From NCBI GenBank assembly GCA_965261085.1, contig OZ253442.1, positions 96,001 to 160,000 of the forward strand: a DNA stretch of 64,000 nt. Direction: 5' to 3'. Each line of letters begins with the position of its first letter. Positions within the stretch are counted from its first letter, which is position 1. The notes under the pieces were generated by a model that was not told where the DNA came from, made no database searches, and saw only the letters and a program-made list of their open reading frames with translations. The position numbers were made by a program, and so were the translations under genes. Shown here piece after piece: positions 39,604 to 48,479 of this stretch. Origin of the DNA: a bacterium (GTDB lineage: Bacteria > UBA8248).

Positions 39604-41064
39604 CTAACCATTCTCCTTCTCCAAAGCCTCCCTGCCGAACCGCTCTATTGTCTCGAGCGTTTCGCGCACGTCGTCCCAGGTCGTATTATGATTGATGATG
39701 CAGAGCCTGAGCGCAAACTTTCCCTTGAGAAGCGTCGATGAGAAGAAGGCTCGGTCGTCCCAGAAGATGCAGGCGAGCATCGTCTTGTTGATCTCCCCCA
39801 GGGCTTCCTCGCCGGGGTCTGATTCCGCCGGATTGACCCGGAAGCACACCACCCCAAGCGAGACGGGCGTCAACATCTCCAGAACCAGGCTCTCGCGAAC
39901 GTACTCCTCGGCACGCTCGGCCAGCTCCATTCCCTTCGAGACGGCTCGGCGGAACGCGGCCATCCCGAAGGTCTGCACCGACATCCAGACTTTCAAGGCC
40001 CGGAACGAGCGGCTCAGTTGCAGGCCGCGATCCGAGAAGTTCGGGTGGTTCGCGCCCCATATCGTATCCTGGAGAATATCGTGCCGCACCGCGAAGGCGC
40101 GCTCAAGCATACTCGTGTCCTTCACGAGCAAGGCGCCCGCCTCGTAGGGCTGAAAGAACCACTTGTGCGCGTCCATTCCAATCGAATCGGCGCGCTCCAT
40201 GCCGCGCATGAGTTCCTTGCCCCGCTCGGTCACGACCGCGAAGCCGCCGTAGGCGGCGTCGACGTGCAGCCAGATGTCTTCCGCCTCGCAGAAATCCGCC
40301 ATCGCCTCGAGCGGGTCGACCGCTCCCGTGCTGACCGCTCCGGCGTTGGCGCACACCGCGATGGGGTGAAGCCCCGCCGCGCGGTCTTCGGCCACGGCGC
40401 GCGCGAGGGCTCCCATATCCAGGCGGAAATCTCCGTCGCTCGGGAGCACCCTGATGCGCTCGGGCTTGACGCCGATGATCCGCACCGCGCGTATGTGGGC
40501 GCTGTGGCTCTGGTCGCTCATGTAGACGCTCGCGCGATCGGGATGCCCCGCGCTTTCACGCGCCGTAACGAAGGCATCCAGGCTGGCCGCCGAGCCTCCG
40601 CTCGTCAGGAGTCCGCCCGCGCCCTCGGGATAGCCGACCCAGCGCCGGAACCAGTCGATGACGACCAATTCGAGCTGGCTCGGGCCGCTCGCGATGAGCC
40701 AGGTGGCCGAGTTGACGTTGAAGCCCGCGGCCAGGAAGTCGGCCAGTACGCCGGGCCAGGTGGGTGAGGTGGGAATGAAGCCGAAGAAGCGGGGATGATC
40801 GTTGCGCCCCGTGAGAGGGAGAATATCGCGCGCGGCCCGCTCGAGAACATCCATCGCCGGCCGTCCCTCCTCGGGCGGAGCCTCCAGCAACTGTTTCTCG
40901 AGTTCCTGCTGGAAATCTCCATCCCAGGCCCCTTCTCCCGGCAGCTTCTCGATTCGCTCCACCAGGAGTTCCGCCGCCCTGCGCGCCAGATCGAGCATCT
41001 CTTCGGGAGCCATCCGGAGATCATCGCCTCCCGGGCCAGACGCTTCTCTTCTTGAGTCTTCCAT
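39604..41064 (-). CDS. PLP-dependent group II amino-acid decarboxylase (aromatic L-amino acid decarboxylase-like)
   Basis: HPRFFGFIP, TSGGS, WLHVDAAYGG, DAHKW PLP lysine, LSRSFRALKVW. Confidence 0.88.
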   Translation of the reverse strand: MEDSRREASGPGGDDLRMAPEEMLDLARRAAELLVERIEKLPGEGAWDGDFQQELEKQLLEAPPEEGRPAMDVLERAARDILPLTGRNDHPRFFGFIPTSPTWPGVLADFLAAGFNVNSATWLIASGPSQLELVVIDWFRRWVGYPEGAGGLLTSGGSAASLDAFVTARESAGHPDRASVYMSDQSHSAHIRAVRIIGVKPERIRVLPSDGDFRLDMGALARAVAEDRAAGLHPIAVCANAGAVSTGAVDPLEAMADFCEAEDIWLHVDAAYGGFAVVTERGKELMRGMERADSIGMDAHKWFFQPYEAGALLVKDTSMLERAFAVRHDILQDTIWGANHPNFSDRGLQLSRSFRALKVWMSVQTFGMAAFRRAVSKGMELAERAEEYVRESLVLEMLTPVSLGVVCFRVNPAESDPGEEALGEINKTMLACIFWDDRAFFSSTLLKGKFALRLCIINHNTTWDDVRETLETIERFGREALEKENG

Positions 41065-41555
41065 AGAGCCCCTCCTATCGTCCCAGAATAATTTGGAACA
41101 CATAACGGGTCCGATGGCACTAAAAGTGAATGGAGCCCTCGTTGCTCCATTCCCAACCGGGTTCGGAACTCGAACACATGAATATAAAACATTCTTTCCG
41201 ATTGTATGTCCCGAAACTATGATTAATTCAGATCATCGAGTCAAGATGCCGCTCGAAATTCCCGCTCCCGCCCCGGCCACCGGGCGTATCCGGCGCAAGG
41301 CGCCCACAACTACATTGAACCAACAATAAGGCGATGAGTTGCCAAACACGGAGAAATTCTATATGTTGAGAAGCACTTTTTTCAAAGAAATGGTCCTGTA
41401 TGACTAAGTTGCCTGTCCGAGAATTAGTGGGGTAGACTTGCGTTCATGCAAGAAGAGGTGTTGCGCTAGGTGTATTGAATTTGCTATCTGTTCAAACACC
41501 CTCGGGGTATTGGGTCAATAAAGAAACCTCACGCTGTTGGGAGGCAGAGCCAAGC

Positions 41556-41894
41556 ATGGAAATCAAGACTGAGCAGGAAAACGGGACCTTGGTTGTGCAG
41601 GTTGATGGCCGCATCGACGGGGCTACCGCCCCTGAATTCGAGAGCATGATTAAGAACGTCATCAGCGACGACGACCGCGCCGTCATCGTCAATTTCGAGG
41701 GTGTCTCATATATCAGCAGCGCCGGCCTCCGCGCCGTCCTGCTGGTCGCCAAGCAGCTTAGTCAAAGCAATACGAAGTTCGCCCTGTACGCGCTCGGGGA
41801 ACTGACGCGCGAAGTTTTCGAGATATCCGGTTTCGACCGCATCATCCAGATCCACGGCTCGAAAGCGGACGCGCTCGCCTCAACCGCGAACTGA
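41556..41894 (+). CDS. STAS-domain anti-sigma factor antagonist (RsbV/SpoIIAA-like)
   Basis: GRIDG, VSYISSAGLR phospho-Ser motif, EVFEISGF. Confidence 0.92.
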   Translation: MEIKTEQENGTLVVQVDGRIDGATAPEFESMIKNVISDDDRAVIVNFEGVSYISSAGLRAVLLVAKQLSQSNTKFALYALGELTREVFEISGFDRIIQIHGSKADALASTAN

Positions 41895-42037
41895 CGGCCC
41901 GAAGGCAAGGAGCGAAAACGCCCTTCTCGCCGTTTCGCGTTGTGGATTCGCGCGTCGCGGTTCTTGCCGCGACCGCAACAATCCTTCATCTCTCTCTAAA
42001 TTATTTCAGAACTTTTTAGGTGGAAAGCCGCGGCGGA

Positions 42038-44227
42038 TCACCGAGGCAACTCGATGATCATTTCCGTGAACTCATCAGGCTCGGTTTCCACTCGTATGCT
42101 TCCCCCATGCTGACGAATAATGTCGCTGGATAGGGAAAGGCCGAGCCCGGTGCCCTTGTCCGTCGGCTTGGTCGTGAAGAAGGGGTTGAATATCTTCTCG
42201 ACGACTTCGGGCGGCATACCGCTCCCGTTGTCACGAATGCGGATCTCGATGCCGTCCGGCCTGCACCTGGTGAAGAGGCGAAGGGTGGGGTCGTAACGCG
42301 GCGCATCTTCGGCGGCTGAGGCGGCGTGACTTTTTCGTCTCTCGTCCGTGGCGTAGCTGGCGTTGCTCACCATGTTCAGGAAGACACGGCCCAAATCCTG
42401 TGGAATGACCTCGCACTCCACCATGTCGGGGTCCAAATCCCAATCGATCGTGAGGTTGAAATTCGGGTCGGCCGCCCGGGCGCTGTGATAGGCGAGACGC
42501 GCGTGCTCTTCGAGCAGGGTATTGATATTGGTCGGCTGCGCTTCGCCTGAACCCCGGCCCATCTGGAGCATGCTCTCCACGATGTTGTTGGCCCGTTCCC
42601 CGTGTTCGCGGATGCGCTTGAGGTTGCCGGTGAGGTCCTCTCCGATTTCGTTGATGATCTCGATCGGATCTTCCTCGTCCTTTTTTTTCTCCTCCTTATC
42701 CGTTTCTTGCCCATTTTCCTGTCCGTTGCCGCCGAGTTGCGCCACCTTCTCCAACTCTTCCAACAATTCCTCCATCAGCTCCTCGGAGACTTCCGAGAAG
42801 TTCTTGATGAAGTTCAGCGGATTCCTGATCTCGTGGGCCACGCCCGCCGTCAACTCACCGAGCGCCGCGAGTTTCTCGCGCATGACGATCTGATCCTGCG
42901 CCTTCTCCAGATCGCCCAGCGCGCTTTCGAGTTCCTCATTCTTGCCCTTGATCTCCTCGGCCAGCTTCTCCACCAGGTTCAGGCGCTGCACCTCCAGGGC
43001 GTGGCGGCGGAAGATTTCGAGCGCCGCGGCCATTTCCGCGACTTCGTCCTGCCCGCCGATGTCGACCTTCTCCTCCAGATCGCCGTCGGCCATTCGGCGC
43101 ATGCGGTCCGAGAGCCGCCCCAGCCGGCGCGACAGCACCCGGCCGATGAACAGCCAGCCGATCAGTACGGCGCCGATGAAGCTGATTGCGCTCAGCGCGA
43201 GCAGGATGTTGCCGCCCGTGCTGACGGCTTGGGCGGAATCCTGGGTGGCCTGCCGCGCGCTCTTGCGGGCCGTGCTCACCAGCGTTTCGGTGGCGGCCAG
43301 GATTTTCGCTTCCAGAGATTCGTGAAACGCGAGCAACTCACTCTGTTTCCTCTCGAGCTCCAGTTCACCCGCGCGCAGGTTGAAGCCCCCATCCTCCCCG
43401 ATGCTCAGTTCGATCATCTGCTCGAAGAGAGGCTCGAGAGCGGTGCGCACCGGAACCTCCCCGAGCGCGGCAAGACGCCGCCTGATGCCGCGCACCGTGG
43501 CCTCGAAACGCTCGCTCAGCGGTTCGAGCAGGGCGGCGTCCGATACGCTGAAGGCGGTGGCGAAAAGCTGCGTCGCGATGGTGGCGTCCGACCTTAAACC
43601 GGCGATGTAACGGTAGAGGTTGATTCCCTCTTCGGAGAAGTGTTTCTCGCGGGGGACGGCAGCCTCGTCGATTTTGCGATAGCCCGTTATCGCGTAGAAC
43701 AACTGATCGTCGATGGCGGGAACCATGACGTTGTTCAGCTCCTTGCGCACCCATGTGAGCTGGAGTTGCAGCGTATCGCGCTGATCGGTGAGGTCGAAGC
43801 GCTGCAACACCAATTGTTTGATGGCTCTGAGGTTCTCGATTAGCACGTCGCCGAGCTTCTTGATGCGCAGGGAGATTTCCTCGTTTACTCCCTGTCGTAT
43901 CAGCGCCGCCAGCGCAGTCTCGAACGCCTCCTGGTCATTGGCGACTTCGGTGGCGATCTGGTCCAGATTGTCGGGATTCACGACTGCGGCCAGGCGCGGC
44001 GCGGCGGCCACCAGGGCGCTGCTTTTCTGGGCGGTCTCGAAGGCGCTCGCCAGGAACGGAACGGTGCCCTCGTTCACGCGGTTCTGCACCTCTCCCACGA
44101 AAGCGAACGAGACCCATGCGACCACGCTCGCTATGACGGTGAGAGAGGCGGCGGCGCCGATGCTGAGGTAGAGTTGCATCGATATCTTGTAACGCTTGTC
44201 CAGGAGGTTTTTCAGCGCGCCTTTCAT
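42038..44227 (-). CDS. Membrane sensor histidine kinase (TorS-like helical periplasmic region, HAMP, HisKA, HATPase)
   Basis: Two TM segments, HAMP (DEVAEMAAALEIFR), AGVAHEIRNPLN H-box, DNGSG, FNPFFTTK, GTGLGL; start coupled to the upstream stop. Confidence 0.88.
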   Translation of the reverse strand: MKGALKNLLDKRYKISMQLYLSIGAAASLTVIASVVAWVSFAFVGEVQNRVNEGTVPFLASAFETAQKSSALVAAAPRLAAVVNPDNLDQIATEVANDQEAFETALAALIRQGVNEEISLRIKKLGDVLIENLRAIKQLVLQRFDLTDQRDTLQLQLTWVRKELNNVMVPAIDDQLFYAITGYRKIDEAAVPREKHFSEEGINLYRYIAGLRSDATIATQLFATAFSVSDAALLEPLSERFEATVRGIRRRLAALGEVPVRTALEPLFEQMIELSIGEDGGFNLRAGELELERKQSELLAFHESLEAKILAATETLVSTARKSARQATQDSAQAVSTGGNILLALSAISFIGAVLIGWLFIGRVLSRRLGRLSDRMRRMADGDLEEKVDIGGQDEVAEMAAALEIFRRHALEVQRLNLVEKLAEEIKGKNEELESALGDLEKAQDQIVMREKLAALGELTAGVAHEIRNPLNFIKNFSEVSEELMEELLEELEKVAQLGGNGQENGQETDKEEKKKDEEDPIEIINEIGEDLTGNLKRIREHGERANNIVESMLQMGRGSGEAQPTNINTLLEEHARLAYHSARAADPNFNLTIDWDLDPDMVECEVIPQDLGRVFLNMVSNASYATDERRKSHAASAAEDAPRYDPTLRLFTRCRPDGIEIRIRDNGSGMPPEVVEKIFNPFFTTKPTDKGTGLGLSLSSDIIRQHGGSIRVETEPDEFTEMIIELPR

Positions 44228-45411
44228 CACTTCTCCGGTCGCCGGATTTTTTCGGTCGGAATGTAACGGCCGCCCTCTCCGATGACGGTGAGGAAAACGG
44301 CGTCCGAGCCCTGGTTGTCGTCCTTGCCGTAGCGGAGCTTGAATCCGCCGAGGTCGATGTTGGCCGCACGGCGCAGACCCTTGAGAAGACAGTCGCGATC
44401 GGGCTTGCGCCCGCACAACTCAAGAGCACGAATGGCCAGTCTGCCGGCCATGTAGCCCTCGAAGGAAACGAAGCTGGGAGCCGCACCGGGCTTGTGGGCT
44501 TCCAGATCCCGGCGGTAGTCCGCCGCGATCTGGAGGTTCTCCGTCGTCGGGAATGGAACCACCTGGGTGACGTAGATACCAATGCCGGCGGGGCCGAGTT
44601 CACGCACGAGCGCATTGCTGCCCACGAAGGAGATCGTCACGAAAACCGGATTGAAATTCATATGGCGCGCCCAGGCGATGAAGGAAGCGACCGGCTTGTA
44701 GGCTCCCACGAGGACCACCGCCCCGGGGTTCGCGCGCCTGATGTCGAGCAGAGCCGTTTTGACCGCCGTCGTATTTCGTGGATAGACTCCGGTGACCGCC
44801 GGTTTGAGTTTGCGCCGCGCGAGGGCGCGACGAACGCCCCGGTAGCCCGCCAGACCAAAAGAATCGTCCTGATAGAGAACGGCTATCTTCTTGATGCCCA
44901 GGTCATTGATCAGCCGGTTCACCATCTCCTCGGTTTCCTGGAAGTAGGAAGCGCGCAGGTTGATGATGTTCTTCCACTTCGGATCGCGAAGGAAGGCGGC
45001 GCCGGTGAAGGGCGCGATATAGGGGACGCCCGCCTTCGCGGCGACCGGGGTGGCCGAGCGCGAGGTGGGCGTGCCGACGGCCCCGATGAGGGCGAAGACC
45101 TTGCTCTGTTCTATCAACCGGCGGGTGTTCAGGATGGCGGCTTCAGGCTCATACGCATCGTCGAGGGAGGTGATTTCGAGCCGGCGCCCGTGAATGCCGC
45201 CACGCACGTTCGCCGCGCGAAAGGCGGCTTCGATGCCGAGGCGCATCTCCTCGCCCAGAGCCCTCGCGGGTCCGGTGAAGGCGGCGGACTGGCCGAAAAG
45301 AATCCGCTGGGGGGAAACCCCGGGCACGGCCGCGTGCGCCCCCGGCGCCGAACAGATAATCACTCCGGCAAGAAGGGAAAGCGCCCGGCGGATTCGGAGC
45401 GGGAGCCTCAT
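44227..45411 (-). CDS. Periplasmic ligand-binding protein (branched-chain amino acid / PBP1 type)
   Basis: Signal peptide, GQSAAFTGP, GGIHGR, DDAYEP, GTPT, RASY, YQDDSFG. Confidence 0.88.
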   Translation of the reverse strand: MRLPLRIRRALSLLAGVIICSAPGAHAAVPGVSPQRILFGQSAAFTGPARALGEEMRLGIEAAFRAANVRGGIHGRRLEITSLDDAYEPEAAILNTRRLIEQSKVFALIGAVGTPTSRSATPVAAKAGVPYIAPFTGAAFLRDPKWKNIINLRASYFQETEEMVNRLINDLGIKKIAVLYQDDSFGLAGYRGVRRALARRKLKPAVTGVYPRNTTAVKTALLDIRRANPGAVVLVGAYKPVASFIAWARHMNFNPVFVTISFVGSNALVRELGPAGIGIYVTQVVPFPTTENLQIAADYRRDLEAHKPGAAPSFVSFEGYMAGRLAIRALELCGRKPDRDCLLKGLRRAANIDLGGFKLRYGKDDNQGSDAVFLTVIGEGGRYIPTEKIRRPEK

Positions 45412-45827
45412 TCACTCCTCCGCTTGACAAGGCGCATATGGTTCTTGTTCTCCTCCCGTCGATAGGACACCTCGTCCATCATCGTCCGCACCAGATGGAT
45501 GCCGAGCCCGCCCACGGCGCGGTCTTCGATGCTCGATTCGGTATCCGGTTCGGGCGCGTCGGTGAGAGGGTCGAACGGCCGGCCGTCGTCGATGATCTGG
45601 ATGCTCACCGCTTTCTCGTCCGAGACGAGTTCGATTTTGATTTCACCCTCTCCGCCGCCGCTGCCGTGGTTCACGACGTTGAGGACTAATTCTTCGAGCA
45701 CGAGGTCGACCTGGAATTCGATGTCGGGCGGCCAATCCTGCTCCCGGCTGAATTCCCCGATGGCGGCTTGAATGCGTGGGAGGTCGGCGACTTCAAACCC
45801 CATTTTCAAGGAAAGTTTCGCGCTCAT
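45408..45827 (-). CDS. Anti-sigma factor / Ser kinase (RsbW-like HATPase_c_2)
   Basis: EELVLNVVNHG, DDGRPFDP, GGLGIHLVR. Confidence 0.92.
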   Translation of the reverse strand: MSAKLSLKMGFEVADLPRIQAAIGEFSREQDWPPDIEFQVDLVLEELVLNVVNHGSGGGEGEIKIELVSDEKAVSIQIIDDGRPFDPLTDAPEPDTESSIEDRAVGGLGIHLVRTMMDEVSYRREENKNHMRLVKRRSE

Positions 45828-47041
45828 TCACTCCCTCCGCGGCGATAAAGGGTCAGGCAGGTAATATCATCGAATTGGGGTGCTCTGCCCGCGAAATCCT
45901 TCACCGACTCGAAAACCTTCGTGTTGATCTCCTTGGCGGAGGTCGGCGGCGAACCCCCGAGAATCCCCCGGAGGCGATCGAGACCGAACTGCTCGGTCTT
46001 CTCGTTCTCGGCCTCCGTCACGCCGTCGGTGTAGAGCACGAGGGCGTCACCTCTCGCGAGAGTCGCATTGTACATGTCGTAGTCGAATTCAGGCGCGATC
46101 CCCAGAGCGACCCCCGGAGCCTGGGCAAGCAGACTCGAGGAGCCGTCGGCATGGAGGATGACCGGGGGATTGTGCCCGCCGTTGGCGTAAACGAGTTCCC
46201 CGGTTGTGGAGTCGAAAATGGCGAAGAAGACGGTGACGAACATCACGGCGTCGTTGTTCTCCTGAAGGAGGCGGTTCACCTCGCTCAGCACGTCACCGGG
46301 CCGGAGCAGACGATTCACCTCGCCGAGCACGTCGCCCGGATTGGCGCGCGCGACGGCGACGCTGTTGAGCAGCGTGCGGCTCGACATCATGAAAAGGGCG
46401 GCGGCCACCCCCTTGCCCGAAACGTCGGCGACCATGATTCCGATGCGGTCGTCGGCCAAATTGATGACGTCGAAGAAATCACCCCCCACGTCACGGGCGG
46501 GTTCCATACCCCCGAATATCTCGTAGTGAGGGCTTTCGGGAAATTGGGTCGGCAGGATCGATTGCTGCATCCTGCTGGCCAGGTCGAGATCGCTCCTGAG
46601 CGCGACCAGCTTGTCGCGCGCATCAAGGGCCTCGCGCAGCATGGCGAGGTGCTCCAGTGTCCGCTCTATGGTGATCCGCAAATCCTCGAAGTCGATCGGC
46701 TTGGTGACGAAGTCGAATGCGCCCCTGTTCATCGCCGTGCGGATGTTCTTCATGTCCCCGTAGGCCGAGACGACCACGGAGCGCACATTGGGGTCGACCG
46801 AGGGGATTTGCTTGAGCAGCGTGAGGCCGTCCATCTCCGGCATGTTGATGTCGGTGAGCACCATGTCGATAGGCTCGCCGCCGCCGTTATCGTTGAGGCG
46901 CTCGAGCGCCTCGACCCCGTTGCGCGCGAAGACGAACGAATAGCGGCCCCGCCGAATCTCGCGCCGCATGCGCTGGAGCACGAGTTGTTCGAGATCGGGC
47001 TCGTCGTCCACCACGAGTATCCTGTGGGGCTCTTCCATCAC
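45824..47041 (-). CDS. Receiver + SpoIIE/PP2C phosphatase (RsbU/RsbP-like)
   Basis: VVDDE, TDINMP, FDFVTKP; VGGDFFD, ADVSGKG, GGHNPP, YTDGVTEA, DDIT. Confidence 0.92.
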   Translation of the reverse strand: MMEEPHRILVVDDEPDLEQLVLQRMRREIRRGRYSFVFARNGVEALERLNDNGGGEPIDMVLTDINMPEMDGLTLLKQIPSVDPNVRSVVVSAYGDMKNIRTAMNRGAFDFVTKPIDFEDLRITIERTLEHLAMLREALDARDKLVALRSDLDLASRMQQSILPTQFPESPHYEIFGGMEPARDVGGDFFDVINLADDRIGIMVADVSGKGVAAALFMMSSRTLLNSVAVARANPGDVLGEVNRLLRPGDVLSEVNRLLQENNDAVMFVTVFFAIFDSTTGELVYANGGHNPPVILHADGSSSLLAQAPGVALGIAPEFDYDMYNATLARGDALVLYTDGVTEAENEKTEQFGLDRLRGILGGSPPTSAKEINTKVFESVKDFAGRAPQFDDITCLTLYRRGGSE

Positions 47042-47478
47042 GGCCTCCCTTCAGCCAGCATCTTGTCACGCGCCTCGAACGCCTCCCGCATATTAGCGAG
47101 ATGCTTCACGGACTTGTCGATGGTCAACCGCAGATCCTCGAAATCGATCGGTTTGTTGAGAAAATCGAACGCGCCCCGGTTCATCGCCGTGCGGATGTTC
47201 TTCATGTCCCCATAGGCGGAGACGATCACGCAGCGGACCTTGGGGTCGTAAGCCGGGATTTGTTCGAGCAGCGTGAGGCCGTCCATCTCCGGCATGTTGA
47301 TGTCCGTAATGACGATGTCGATTTCACCGTCCTCTTTCAGGCGTTCGAGCGCCTCGACCCCGTTGCGCGCGAAGACGAACGAATAGCGTCCGCTGCGAAT
47401 CTCGCTCCGCATGCGCTGCTTCAAGAGGTCTTCCAGGTCGGGTTCGTCGTCGACTACGAGTATCTTGTGCGAATCCAT
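47038..47478 (-). CDS. Stand-alone response regulator receiver protein
   Basis: VVDDE, TDINMP, FDFLNKP; near-identical to the REC domain of the downstream gene. Confidence 0.88.
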   Translation of the reverse strand: MDSHKILVVDDEPDLEDLLKQRMRSEIRSGRYSFVFARNGVEALERLKEDGEIDIVITDINMPEMDGLTLLEQIPAYDPKVRCVIVSAYGDMKNIRTAMNRGAFDFLNKPIDFEDLRLTIDKSVKHLANMREAFEARDKMLAEGRP

Positions 47479-47885
47479 CGTCCTGGTCTCCCCAACTCTC
47501 AGACTTTGCCCGACCAACGCTCAAACATTTTCGAACGCCCGCTCAATGTATATAAGACTCGCGCGTCGCGCAACTCATTTCTCACTCCGCCTCGTGTCCG
47601 AACGAGGCTGCGCGGCGGCCCGCAACCCCCTGAAACCAGGGCTTCACCGGCGCTCGCTCCCGGCTCGACACCGCTCGACCGGCGGATTTCATCCATCCCG
47701 ATTTCTCCTCCCGCGAGTGTTCCGACCTCCCGATCCCGTGAACCGATTCTGCGCCGAATGGAGATGAAGCCGTGAAAATTTCATCCGCCGCCGGTTGTTC
47801 CGGCCCTCTCGTTTGCGTATCTTGGAGTAGCCATCCGCCAGGATGGCGTGCGCCGCCGACAGCACTTGAAGAGAAAGGCCCTGCC

Positions 47886-48473
47886 TTGTCCCGCAAACAA
47901 TCAAGAAAAATGAAAAATCCCGGTCCCACAGGGCGCGGCGCTTCGCGTCCGGCGGCGGCCATAGGTTCAAAGAACAACAGCACGGCCCCGCTCGTCTGGG
48001 CGAGCGTCATCGTCGCGGTCGTCTTCGGCATCTATTACTTATCGGGCGCATCCGCGAACAAGGCGCGCGACGCGCCCTCCCTCGGCAACCGCCACATCCG
48101 CGTCGGCACGAGCCCCGCCATCTCCTATAATACGGACCCTCCCACCTCGGGGCCCCATTATCCGACCATCGTCCGCTGGGGCGTGCACCAAAGGCCCATC
48201 GACAAGGGCTTCCAGGTGCATAACCTCGAAGACGGCGGCGTGCTCGTTCAGTATAACTGCGGCGATTGTCCCGAACTCGTGAAAAAACTCAGAAATCTGG
48301 TGCTCGGCTACCCGAAGTTCGTCATCCTCGCCCCCTACCCGTCCATGAAACACAGAATCGCGCTCACCGCCTGGGGCAAAATAGATACGCTGGACGCTTT
48401 TGATGAAAAGCGCATCACCTCCTTCATAAACGACTTTCGCGGCATCGACCACCATGTGCGGGGAAGCAGATAA
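47886..48473 (+). CDS. DUF3105 family membrane-anchored protein
   Basis: TM helix, YNTDPPTSGPHY, VHNLEDGGV.VQYNC, IALTAWG; start uncertain. Confidence 0.8.
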   Translation: MSRKQSRKMKNPGPTGRGASRPAAAIGSKNNSTAPLVWASVIVAVVFGIYYLSGASANKARDAPSLGNRHIRVGTSPAISYNTDPPTSGPHYPTIVRWGVHQRPIDKGFQVHNLEDGGVLVQYNCGDCPELVKKLRNLVLGYPKFVILAPYPSMKHRIALTAWGKIDTLDAFDEKRITSFINDFRGIDHHVRGSR

Positions 48474-48479
48474 GGCTTC

